This document shows, in pieces, positions 12,498 to 24,869 of a DNA stretch of 64,000 nt (position 1 is the first letter of the stretch; every line of letters starts with the position of its first letter). The translations under genes and the position numbers were made by a program. The notes beneath the pieces were generated by a model. That model was given only the letters and a program-made list of their open reading frames with translations. It was not told the origin of the DNA and did no database searches. Location of the stretch: positions 392,832,001 through 392,896,000 of the forward strand of contig OZ024741.1 in assembly GCA_964016885.1 (NCBI GenBank). The letters are read 5' to 3'. The DNA is from Eledone cirrhosa. Taxonomy: Eukaryota.

Positions 12498-15400
12498 CTA
12501 ACAGAAGTGCCCGGCGTTGCTCGGAGTTTAATTGCTTTAAAGTACTTTTAATGATTCCACTCAATTATGAATATTGAGGCATTGAAAGTAAAGACAGGTA
12601 AGTTTGAAAATATACAACAATAGCATCTACTCACTATATGCCAGACTGGCAAGACTGCAGTGGTGCTGAATAGAGGAGTCACAACACTTCTATGTAGACC
12701 ACATTTTTTGTTCTGCCTTTGGGTGCAAGTATGAATAAGTTCTGCTTGCATCCCACTCTTGAGCATGCGACGTATAATTGGCCGTGTGAGAAGCACGGCT
12801 GGGCTAAATACAGGCCTGCCGTTGATAGCGTTTGGCCTTGGGACTTGTTGATTGACATTGCGAAGCAAAGTTTAACGGGGAATTGAAGTCGGTACAGAGT
12901 ACAGGGGCAGTCCGTACCTAATGGAGTTAATGGTATTCTGAGTATGAAGACGTTTTCTCCAGTGCCGCAGCCCGTGAGAATTGTGGCTTCAATTACATGC
13001 GGCAGGAGGTTTCTTACCACTAACCGTGTTCCGTTGCAGAGACGTGGTGGTTCCAGGTTCCTCAACAGCATGACTGGAGTCCCAACTTTGATGCGCAGTT
13101 CATGAGGTGGCAGTCCAGAGAAGTCCAAGGAATTGAGGAATTCTGTTGGAAAATCGTCAACCTCATCTTTGTCCACCACTTTGTCCACAGATTTGTAGGT
13201 ACGGAGGTTTCCAGGAATGCGTTGCAGAAGGTCCTCATTGATTTTTGCAACTGAGACATTTTTGGGAGCCAATATGGCTCTATCGCATAGCCAACTCGTG
13301 TTTTTGTAGTTGGTCGCCATATTGGGAAAGACAGAGGCTGTGAGGTCGTCAACTTGCGAGACTGCCATTTCTCCAGCTGCATCTGAAGGTGCAGTGCCGT
13401 CACCAACTGTTAAGAGGTCCTTTGAGAAGTCGGCTGCTGAGTGGTCACCGAGCAGTGGGCTCTCATGTTTGTTGTGAGGGTCAGGATTTTCACTTCCTGC
13501 CACAGGGGAGATGACTTAATGCAAGCCCTCACAGTGTCGGCCCTGGTGGCTTTTGGAACAACTGGAAGAGTTTGTCGAAAATCGCCAGACAGCAGTAGAG
13601 GTACTCCTCCCATCAGCTGGTTGCATTCCCTGATGTCTCGTAGGGTCCTGTCTAACGCCTCAAGGGACCCTTTATGGGCCATTGTGCATTCGTCCCACAT
13701 AATTAGGTGGCATCTTTTCAAGACTTCAGCTTTGTCAGAGTCCTTGGTGATGTTGTAGGTTATTGTGTCGTCTGAAGTCGTGTTGAATGGCAGTTTAAAT
13801 GCGGAATGAGCTGACCTACCTCCGGGCAGCAGAGTTGCGGCAATGCCAGAAGAAGCCACAGCCAGGGCGATTCCTTTCTGCTGTCGCACTTTGGCGAGGA
13901 GGAGTTTATTGACGAATGTTTTACCAGTTCCTACTGGGGCGTCCAAAAAGAAGATACCTCCTCTGTGTTGACGAATGGAAGTGCAAACTGTGTCATACGC
14001 CTGCCGTTGGTCCTGTAACAATTTCGGCTCGTTTTCGTTAATGAACAGTTCGAGGGCGTGAACGTCGTAGGCAGTTTCCTGAATTATGCCCGTTCGCTGA
14101 ACTTTTGGCAGTCCATAGAATGGAAGGTCATTTCCGCCGGCAGTTAGGATTTTGTCCTCGATGTCAATGAGAGCTTTGTTGAAGAATTCGTCGCTGAGTC
14201 GTACGTCGGAATGAGGGAGTAGCAGTTGTCCTTGGTGTATGTAGTCATCGGAAAGGTCCTCTTCGTATTTGTCCTATAAGGATGCAGGGTCGCTTAACTC
14301 GCATGTCTGCAGTAGCACCGCAAAGAGTTGCCGAATAGTTCGCGCTGAGCGTATTGTAGCTGCCTCCGCCAATGTTGCATCCCACTGAGCGCCATCTTCC
14401 AGTAGACCCCGTCTAAGGCAGGCTGTGCGGAATGAAGTACAAAGCTCTCCGTTGATTGTTTTCAGATCGTCGAAAGATGTCGGTCCCACCACATCATGCA
14501 GTAGAAGGCGGAGATAAAAGCATTCCTGTTGGTTAGGATGAATGGTGTACACTCTTCCAAGGGTAGGGGACATTTTAATGTCTGGATGTCCCTCGATGGG
14601 ATGTCCTTTCACCCTTCTTAACCAAATTCTGTTGTCTGTGTTCCATGTGTAGTATTATGGCACCTGAGAGTAGAAGATGGTCTTGGCGAAGGGATCGTTT
14701 CGGCATAACTTAAAAAATGCCGTAAGTGTGGTGTCCTTGGGTTCCTCTGCTATCTCAGCAGCGGTGGAGGCGGTGAAGTAGACTCTTTGACCGTGTTCAA
14801 GGTGCTCCGCCAACTGTTTGATTGGGGGTAGTTATGGTGTATTGCAAAGTGGAAGAATCAGCAGAACGCTTCATTGCTGCTGATGTATCGGCCGACCTGG
14901 TATCGAGTTACTTCGTCTCGATTGTTCTCCATTGTAAGACCAAAGGACGTAGCATCGGACCCCTTATTGATATACTTGCAGACGTACTTTATCGATTTGA
15001 CGGAGTGGCAGTATTCAACGTTAATGTGGGCGTTAAATAATTTAAGCAGAAGTGGGCAGTAGGGTACAATCCACCGGTTGTCGACGTTGTGATGTGGTGT
15101 TTTCGCAACAATTCCTCCGTCCGCTGGCTCCCTGCGGAGGTATAATGGATAACCGTCGCCACCTGTCCGAGTTTCTCGGAGGAATGGTCTAGGATACCTC
15201 TTGGTGCACCTTCTTTCTTTAATGCATGGAGAATTCATGTTGAAACCTTTTCCGCATGGCCCATGAACCATGTGAGCAGTGACGATGTTGTGGAGTTCTC
15301 TGTCCAATTTTGGGTCGGGTATTTCTGCTGAAATGATGCTGTAAATGCTGCTTGCGTTGATTTTCGTTATCAGCCAAATGAGTAGGTGAGCGTGTGGCAG

Positions 15401-18175
15401 GCCTCTCTTTTGCCACTCAACGGTGTATACGTAGCACCTAACAGGTCCAAAGGCCTTACCTGATTTTAGGAGTTCAATAAGTTTTGTCAACTTCAAGTGA
15501 AAGACTCGTGCCGTAAGATCGTGTCTGTCTGACACCCTTTGTCCGGGGAATAATTCCGCGGTAATTTCATTCCACTTAGGGTTGCATGTTGAAGTGATGA
15601 AGAGATAGGGTCTGCCGTAGAGACGCACGTACGTCATAGCATCCTGTGTGCGTTCACTCATGTATTGGGGACTCCCAATGAAGGTCCACGGAAGGATACA
15701 ATGTTTTCCTAGGTTCTCAGGATCGACGTCATTCCTTAATCCATCCCGTAAGTGAATGTAGCTGTCCGAACGAAGGCGTGCTTGATTGTTCCTTATGTAG
15801 CACAGCCTTTCAGATTCCATCTTTGCGCACGCGTCTACAGCAAGCTGGTTGAAGAGTACTCTTGCACGGTGGAGTTGGTTAAAGCAGCATTCGCGGACCA
15901 TGAATCGGTAGGTGTATAATTGCATAGAGGAAACAGTTTTGTTGCTGTTGCACAAAGGAATTCCAAAGTGGTATCCGTCGTCACCGAATGGGAAAAGTAG
16001 GGGATATTGGAATGCGTCGTAGGACCTATGCGTCTCGCTGATCCGTTGCAGACTATTGTCCCTACACTGAAGTATGATGTCCCGCTTGTTCTACTGTTCT
16101 CCATGAAGAAGCGCAGCTATTTCATTGCACGTGGGAGTGTTAAAACGTCTGGCATGGGTGTCTGGTGGTTTCCTGTCAGCGTCGATTATAACAGCAATAT
16201 TTGGCAACGGAGCAGCCTCCAATGCGCATTTAAAACTGCGAATGTAGTTGTTGTTTTCGTGCAACATTCTCTGGAGTTGCAATAGAATTTCCATGTCTGT
16301 GCCAGGCGAAATTGAAGCGCGTCATTCCGCTTGGTCCAAATATTCAGTGACAAAGTATAGCTGTAGGAACTGGGGCTGTCCGTCTGTCGTGGGCAGTAGC
16401 GTACCGATTGTGTGGTAAATTTGTCCTTGAACTTTAAAGGTAGGCATGAAGCCGTCCCGCGTATGATGTTAGCTCCGAAAGAGGTCATTTGGAAGGCAGC
16501 GTTTTATTTCCTGGAACATCGAAGGAAGTGTTCCGACTCCGCTGTGGCACCGGTCAGTAGAGACTTCAAAGTTTGTGGTGGTTCCTGTAGAGGAGGCAGT
16601 TTCACTTTGCCGCCAGAGCAGCACATCCCTGAAGTCTCCCCAGGCCATTTTTTTGCCCGACAATATTGGCAAATGACAGACATGGATCCAATCTGAACTT
16701 CTGGCATCAGTGCATAGTTTACTGTTGGGTCATAGTGGAAAGCCTTATGAGACCACTGACTGCAACTGATCCTCTGTGTACCTCGTTTAGCACTCCTGCG
16801 GAGTGCGTTGGCGTTTATCCTTTGTATTTGAATTTGCGCAGTCTCTGATGCGCAAACGGAAGCTGTTGAAGCGGCGTCTGTATGTTCACGTCTGGAACGC
16901 TGCCCTTCGTCCTCGGCAGCACGTGACGCAGCAGTTGAGGCGGCATCTCTTCGTCGTCGACTGTAACGGTGTTCTTCGTCCTCACCGTCACATGCTGCAG
17001 CGGTGGAGGCCGCATTTTTGCTTCGTCGTCGAGAATGTTGTTCATCGGTTTGCGTTGCACGTGCAACTGCAGTTTCAAATGCATTTCCGGAAAGGCGGAT
17101 GCTCCTCTTTTTTTCTGTCTCGGTTGCCCGGGTAATTGCATTTCGAGTTGCATTTTGTGACAACCGAGTCAATTTTTCTACGGACAACTCTGTAGCTCTT
17201 CTTCGTTTGGCAGTAGAAGCAGCTTTAGTTTGGCGACTAAGTCGTGGTCTTTTTGGGGGTGGCATGACCGTAGATTCAAAGAATCTGTTTGGTAGCGAAA
17301 ATGTTCAAATGAACTTTGAATTAGTTTAAAGCGAGTACTATGTTGTAGCAGGACCGAACACGTAAATATTTATGCAGGTAATGGAGCATGAAAGGGGGAG
17401 TAGCCAAAACTTTCAATTGAACGGTGAGTAAGTGGAAAGTGAGTACTAAGTAAGATCTATGAAGAATACACATCAAATAATAGGTGAAACCTGTAAGCCA
17501 AGCCTGTCTGAGTTATAGCACAAAAGAGCGTAAACAGGGGCGTTATTTTGGAGCACACTGGAAAATAATCATCGAAATCGGACGTCCGTTAAAAAAGTTT
17601 TCTCATTAATTTTTTGTCTCATATTGAGAAAAACAAAGAAAGAAAAATTACAAAAAGGACAACAATAAAATATGTCTTTGTTGAGATTCAAGTAAATGAA
17701 CGCTTAAGCGTCGTTATTGTTACGTTTGTTGTTTTATAAATTCATCTGTTGCTTTTGAATATTTGTTATTTGATGTAAAATGTAACGTTGAGAGAGCAGT
17801 ATGTATTTAGTGTTATCGGCTTTTTAAATTTTGATATTTGATGTATGACGAACGAAGAGGGTGAATGATCTATTATAGAGAGGGAAGATTTGTCGTTGTT
17901 CTAAACTGTAATGGAGATGGAGGCAGTAACCTTTTAAAGAGAGTTGCAGAGGAGATTGAGGTAGTGAGAGGAATGAAGCGTGTAAGAGAGAGGGTTACAG
18001 CATGTATTTAGTTTTATCGATTTTTTTCATAGAAGCAGGACATTTTTGGCAAAAGTAATTACGCTTTGACCTGCCCTGATAAATTTGGAGCACATTGAAA
18101 AAGAATCATCAAAATCGGTAGAGAAATGTGGAAATGCATAACAATCATACACACACACACAGACAGACATCTACC

Positions 18176-18192
<17 letters not shown>
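12498..18192 (-). mobile_element. Full-length Helitron with a disrupted Rep-Helicase, inserted in (TA)n
   Basis: 3' end CCGAGCAACGCCGGG hairpin-like motif followed by TTAG|T (CTAG variant) at 12498. 5' end TATATATAAAACGGTAGATGTCTGTCTG merges into (TA)n at ~18181-18222, so the 5' TC cannot be placed exactly. RepHel fragments lie inside. Confidence 0.92.
12679..17265 (-). pseudogene. Helitron Rep/PIF1-type helicase, broken by several stops and frameshifts
   Basis: CQYC..ETSGMCC..G zinc motif; Rep motifs VEWQKRGLPHAHLL and YVCKYINKG; helicase motifs GTGKT, WDE, GDFRQTLPV, LCNGTRL, SINKSQGQTL, FSHGQLYVACSRV. Confidence 0.93.
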
Positions 18193-18231
<39 letters not shown>

Positions 18232-18754
18232 TCGGCTGAGCTCCTGCCGTTCAATTTATATATATTTGTATATATATATAAATGCAAGTATGTATGTATA
18301 CGTACATACACATATGTATACAGACTTACAGTAGTATGTATATATATACATACATGCACACATATATATATGCACGTATCGGTTTACCGAACATTTATTA
18401 TAATGCTCGGTTTATTTGTAAACAAACAAACAGCCCGAATTACGCCGTACAGTGTTTAGGCAACCACGTCACCTTTTTGTTCAACGCTGACACATTTAAG
18501 TAACTGCCGTAATAAGAGTGAGAAATGAAATTTCGTTTCATTCTATTCCATGTATATATATATTTATCAATTCAAACTAAAAAATATATTTGTAGCGAAA
18601 TCTGTCCACGCCTTGAACCCTGGGTGACACCTAAAAGTCAAATCTAGGTCACCATCCTCTTCGGTGTGAACAGGTTCATGCGTGGGCTATCCTCGAGGTG
18701 GGAGACAGAAAGCGACAGTGATATAAAGCCTGTATGACACAGAGAGATCGGAGC

Positions 18755-18761
<7 letters not shown>

Positions 18762-18851
<90 letters not shown>
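18762..18851. repeat. (CT)n microsatellite
   Basis: Directly visible. Confidence 0.97.
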
Positions 18852-18853
<2 letters not shown>

Positions 18854-20048
18854 GGTCGCAGACTAAACCAGCCTCATGAACCAACAACAAAATAATATTG
18901 TCAACCTTCGCAACTCAATGGTAACTTGTTTATTATTCTTTTTGACTGAAGTGAAGTAAAACTATTATATATAAATTAATTCAGCTATTCTTTCATTCTA
19001 ACAACCACTACTAATACCCTTTGTTACATATTTAGAGATAGAGAGAAAGAGTCATATATCATTCGAGAAACACCTAGTATTTTGTACACAGGTGGAAAAA
19101 GGTGCAAAAACTAATTTTTTTTTTTTTTTGTAGTGCCGTTTTAAAGTTCGATAATTGATTTAAGTAATCAATTATCGATTAAAAGTGCTGATTTTGGTTA
19201 AGTTACGGAAGACGCAAACTAATTGTTTGAGTAATCATCGTTAGATATGTCCCGCACTGTACAAAACACCTTTATCGGGATCTGATGGTTAGTTAAAACC
19301 CTACAACGCACGGTGTGAAAAAAAAGTTTCAACAGTCAGAGCAGATACGTCGGAACCGCTAGAAAGAGGTGGGAAGTACACAGTTTAAGGAATTCAACAA
19401 ATTAAGAATCTGGAGCTGTTATACACCATGTTAAGGTATCAGAACATACATAGTATGTATGATGATTATGTTTCTCAATAAAAAAGCCCAATGGACCTTG
19501 GCTGGCCCAGAGCATCATCAATAATTCAAATTAAAAGATATATGTATTCTATATATATATAGAGAAAGAACAATATATCGTTTGAGAAACAAAGTATTTT
19601 GTACAAATATATAAATATATTCAGGAAAAAGTACATACTTTAAGGTAGAAATACCATTACACACACTTATATACATATGGATCGTAGAGGTGTATTTGAA
19701 GGCGTATAATAGACGTAAAAGAGTCTATTATTGAATGAATATTTAAAATTGTTATCATGTTACAGCTATCTCTGTATAGCTGTTTTGCGTATGAAACACC
19801 GACTGGGGATGTTCATTGGCACAGAGTGAAAATAAAACATCGGCTCATTTACATATAGTGAGAACTTTATAAGCGTGGAAAGCTTAGGCGGACTCTCATT
19901 TACCACCCAAACCATGTCTTTCCTTCAAATGTACATTTGTATATATATGCACACATATTTATATATATACACACACACATATATATATTAACACACACAC
20001 GTATGCTTTATGTATCAAATCTTTAACCTGTCTTAATATACAGCATTA

Positions 20049-20240
20049 TGCGGTGGATTGGCTGTATCGGTAGAGGGTCGGACGCCATGCTTTGCAGCAA
20101 AGAATTACGGCCCTTTATGATCTCAGTTCAAATCCCGCTGAGGTTAACTTTGCCTTTCATCCTCACGGGGTCGATAAAATAAAGTACCAGTAATGCACTG
20201 GGATAATTGCTGGGCTTGTGCCAAAAAGTAGAAACAATTA
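20049..20240 (+). mobile_element. tRNA-derived SINE (family 1)
   Basis: Matches the copies at 12217 and 8376. Confidence 0.85.
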
Positions 20241-20685
20241 TATTTGCCCATACATATTTACATGCGCGCGTGCACACACCCACCCACTGCAGTGTGTGCC
20301 GGCCAGGTACCCTTGAGTTTGCCGCTTATATTCTCGGTCCCCTACGATACTGTACATAAGCGAGACATAGATCCCTGACCTGTCTCGGAGATCAGTAGCC
20401 CCACTTCACTACTGACTTGGTCTATGTAGACCCTTCCAACCCTGGCAAGCAGAAAAGGCGGACGTTAAAACGACGATGCTGATGTGACCCAAAAGTCCCG
20501 TCCCCATGAACGTGACCACATGGTCGACCGCTCCCGTGTGTGTGTGTGTGTTTGCTCATTTCTTGACGCTGTATATTGAGGAGATTATCTTCATATGAAA
20601 AATGCAATTCAGCAATGATTGACACGTCGGAAACCCCAACGATATTATTGTTCACCTCTTGTGGCCAAAATATTCAAGGAAAGAT

Positions 20686-20784
20686 AACTCTTAATATTTT
20701 TCTTGGAATTATTTCCCTTGTGTTGCCGTTGGCAGAAAACTCTTAATATTTTTGTTGGAATTATTTCCCTTGTGTTGCCGTTGG
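20686..20784. repeat. 52-bp tandem duplication
   Basis: AACTCTTAATATTTTT(C/G)TTGGAATTATTTCCCTTGTGTTGCCGTTGG occurs twice. Confidence 0.9.
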
Positions 20785-21959
20785 AAGGTACTGTATTTAA
20801 CATCAACGTTTACAGTATCATAACAATGTCATTGGTACACCCCATCTCATGTACATCCAGCTTATACTTTAAAGTATCGTAACTATGACTGTATAGCATC
20901 ATAAATTAAAGTCTTTATTTAGTTTACTGCAATGTTTTAAAAACAATCTGTCCATTATTGGAAAGACAGTAGCCTGCCTAAGGAAGAAACCCCGTGAGGT
21001 CGAGTGGCTGTTGCAGCGGGTATCGCTGGCCATTCTATGCGGCAAAACCTTTCCCAATTTATCCGCAGGGTGCCACTGAAGTCTGCCATGCCTCCACCTT
21101 TATTTCGTTGCTTAATTTCTTGGGGGTTTTTTCTTACTAATTTTGCCATGTATTGCCTTTTATATTGTACAATTTTTTTCTTTCTTTTTATTATTGTATA
21201 TTTTGTATTGCAATAAATTCTATGTTTTATGCATTCCCTGCCTGTCCACTAGCATTCCCTCATTATCGAAGGAATTCTATGTGGCTGCTTTGTTTACCAT
21301 GAAGCTAAACTTGTACTTCAAAAGTTATAAGTGGTCATGGCGATCCTACGTAAGTGGTAGATAAAATGTAAACAAATGAATTTTCTTATCTCAGCAGATA
21401 AGTAGCTATTACAATATTTTCCCAAATTCTTTATTAGTTAAAGGGAAGGAATTATCACAAAATGCATGGACATGAGATCACCTCTTTTACCGTATTTGCA
21501 AGAATTTGACTTATTCGTAAAATAAAATGTTTAAAATATATTTAGGCTTCATAATAATTAAACAAAATATGACCGCAAATGATTTTAATAGTTACATTTC
21601 AGCTTAGTTACGGAGAATGTCAGAATATGTCGATTAATTTAGATATAAGTGACGTAAAGAAGACGACTCCAATAGTTTCTGCACATGTAGGAAGGGAGGG
21701 AGGAATGAAGCAAGCAAGCATGTATACATGCATGCATGTATGCATGTATGCATGCATGTATGTATGTATGTATGTTCTGGTTTTATAATTTCACAAATTT
21801 TTGCCAATAAAGAGAGAGCCGGTTTCTAAGATAGACACAATACTCTCTCATTGGAATTTACACATCAACTAGGTAGATATGTATGTATGTCTGCATGCAT
21901 GCATGTGTGTGCAGGTGTGGATGTGGATGTTTTGAGTTGTAAGTGTGCATGAACATATG

Positions 21960-23245
21960 TTTTGTATCTGTACAAGTGTATACGCAGTTATTAGATGCAG
22001 AATTGTTGGAATGTTTTACATATTTTTACTGTTCCATTAATGGATTGTACTTGTAATTTCCTAACTAGTTGTGTTCTTTCTGTTTTTGTGAAGAACAGCT
22101 GCTCAAGATTTGTATTGAGGCAGTTACTAACATATCCTAGTGCGCCAATAATCACAGGTATATCAGAAGGTGGAGTCAGGGTGGAGTATCTGTAGATTTC
22201 TCATTAGTTCTGCATAGATATCCTCCTTTTCGCTAATCTTTGATATTATATTGGCATCTGTTGGGCAGCTAACTTCCACTACTGTGCATGCCTTCTTTTC
22301 CCTGTCCCATATCATTATGTTTGGTGTTATGCCTGCATTTTATTAGGGTTTTGACTGGAACATTCCACCAGTACTCTTTCATATTCTATATGTATATGTC
22401 CTCCACATTGTTGTAGCTTTTAATATGTTTATTGTTGGAGCTATCTTTTCTATAGACTGCATTGAATAGTGTGTGGACCACTACATCATGATTCATATGT
22501 AGATAATACCATGATGACATCTTTGGACAGTTGCTTATGACATGGTAACATCTTTGATGTTAATTCTGCAGAGTCTTCTCTTGTTGTCACATCTAGGTGT
22601 TTTGCTTACATCCCTATCTCTTTTGTGAATCAGGTATTTTGTGTTAATTTCCTATTCTTGGATTGCAAAATCATATCCTTCAAAGTGGGAGCTAATATAG
22701 CGGTTGTTGGTCCAAGATAGACTACTTTGCTTATCTATATTACTCTCACTCTGGAGCTTCCTGGCAACATGCAGGTTTTCATCCATGGATTCACTGCTGT
22801 ATTGCTGGGCAATTTCCCTGGGTGTGAGTTTTTGATTATCATTCAGGGAGTGTCTTTCAAGGAGTTCGTTCCCAACTCTCATGATCTTATGTGTCTCATG
22901 CAGACAGACTTGCTCAATAGATAGGCTTGGAGGTTTGTAAATGCTGTTGGAGGGATATGATGTGACACCCAAATTCTGTCTGGACTGATGTTAGGCCTCT
23001 GCCTCCCTGCTCACGTTTCAAGTAGAGGCAGTTTATGTCACTGTTGATGTAGAAGTTTATGGTGTTGTTTAGAACTTTTTGAGTTTTAATATCAGTTGAT
23101 CGGATTTCATCTATCGTCCAATTGAGTATTCCAAACATTAGTGTTAGGACAGGTACAACAAACACATTGTGAGCCACTGTTTTATTGTGTGCAGAGTTCC
23201 GATGACCATATTTTTCTTAATCGGGTGTAATATTCCCTGGTTACG
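21960..23245 (-). mobile_element. Degenerate R4/Dong-type RLE retrotransposon (3' part, family E)
   Basis: PVLT..FGILNWT, LYLKREQGGRGL, HFEGYDFAIQE, followed by RLE remnants (HDVV, WWNVPVKT, WDREKKACTVVEVSCP). Confidence 0.75.
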
Positions 23246-23261
23246 TGTTTTTTATTACAAA

Positions 23262-24860
23262 TACATTTTATTACATTAACACATTCGGGAAAACCAGTCG
23301 GTACTTGTCAGACAGTTGGAAGCATCTGAGTAGGTTGGCAAGGCTGTTACACTCTCCTCCTATCCGCTAGCCACACACAGTCCTAGCGTGCATCCAAAAT
23401 ACCGTTCCAGTCGCCCATTAAAACTAAAGAGCAGGCAGAAATCAGGCCATCCTGCATCTGTAGGGGCATAGACAGCCACAAGCCTGAAGATCTGCTCTTC
23501 TCTGCTGGTCACGTCTAGCACCACCAACTTACCTTCTGGATCCAGGAAGACGGTCTGTATCACAAGATCCAGCCCCTTCCGAAATAGCACAACAACTCCG
23601 CCCCCAGATCCCAGACGGCTTGGAGAGGCACACACACCCATAGCCACCGAAAATGAATGCAAAAGTTCGTGCATTGGAAATTCTGGTCTTGCTAATGGTC
23701 ACCACATCTATCTTTAGTGACCTGAGGTCGGTTAGCAGGTGACCCTGTTCCAAGACAATCCTAGGCCACGTGCATTTACACTGCCTATCCTGGGTAAACC
23801 CTTGTTCGATGAAGAAAAGGAAATATTGGGAAAGGCCACCTACCTTAGTCTTTTGGGGAAAAAAACGGTTGGTCTGTCTCCTGGTCACATGTGGATTCGT
23901 TTGTATGTCTCTGTATGTCCTTCTGGAGAGTGTCCCTCGGTATTCACCAATTGCCCCGGGGAATTTTGTTTTTAAATTTGTGTACGTTTTTTTATCTATG
24001 TTTATAATTTTTGTGTGTGGGTGGTGTGAATTATTTGGGTGTTGTGTGATGTATTTTTGAAATGCTTGTTATGTTGTATGTAGTTGATTAGATTTTAGTT
24101 GTTTATGTTTATTGTTGTATAGTGATACAGGTTATATCTTTCTGTTGGATTTACTTTTGTTGTTGTGAATGTGGATTTGGTTGTGTTTGGGATGTTGTTG
24201 GTGCCTGCGGTGTCTGTTGTGGTGTTAATGGTGGTGGTGGCGGTGGTGGTGGTGGCGATGGTGGTGAAAGTGGTGGTGGTGGTGGTGGTAGTGGTGGTGG
24301 TGGTGGTGGTGATGGTGGTGGTGGCAGGGTTGTTGGTGTTGATGATGGTAGTGCTAGTGGTGATGGTGATGGTGGTGCTGGTGATGGTGGTGCTGGTGGT
24401 GGTGGTAGTGGTGGTGATGGTGGTGGTAGCGGGGTTGTTGGTGTTGATGATTGTGGTGCTGGTGGTGGTGGTGGAAGTGGTGATGATGGTGCTGGTGATG
24501 TTGGTGTAGGTGTTGGTAATAGTTGCTTCAAGGATTTAGCTTTCTTTTTCCTTCTTGTTTTCCCCCTTTTGAGGGTGAAATCAGAAAGTTCTTTTCTCTT
24601 TTTGTTATTGTGGAAGACGGTTTGCCACTCCTCACGTCCAATTCTTTGACGTTGGGTAGGGGCTTGTTTCCAACACATGTTGGTGTTGGTGCTGGTGGGG
24701 CTGCTGCTTCAGTCTTTGCTGTGTTTGTTGCTGGTGTAGCTGCAGCTGTTCCTAACAGAAAGCGCTTAGATGGGTGTTTGTACCACACATATAACATCGG
24801 GGCCGCTTCCCATCCACAGCTACAAACAGTTGTGTGCCATTTGGCAGTTCAATAATATCA
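23262..24860 (-). mobile_element. Tx1-clade LINE fragment (Pro/Thr-rich ORF1 tail and start of the APE endonuclease)
   Basis: GHLLTDLRSLKIDVVTIS..., SRLGSGGGVVVLFRKG and FRLVAVYAPT match the ORF2 start of the element at 50662. Confidence 0.85.
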
Positions 24861-24869
24861 GCAATCTTT

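Noticed and set aside
19040-19610. ~45-bp imperfect direct repeats about 520 bp apart
   Set aside because: No TIR, TSD or LTR hallmarks; probably an old local duplication.
21800-21870. Possible Penelope-type hammerhead remnant on the minus strand
   Set aside because: The CTGATGA core is absent and the stems are unconvincing.
24122-24678. Gly-rich and Pro-rich ORFs resembling structural proteins or formins
   Set aside because: They are the low-complexity tail of Tx1 ORF1 and its antisense, contiguous with Tx1 sequence.
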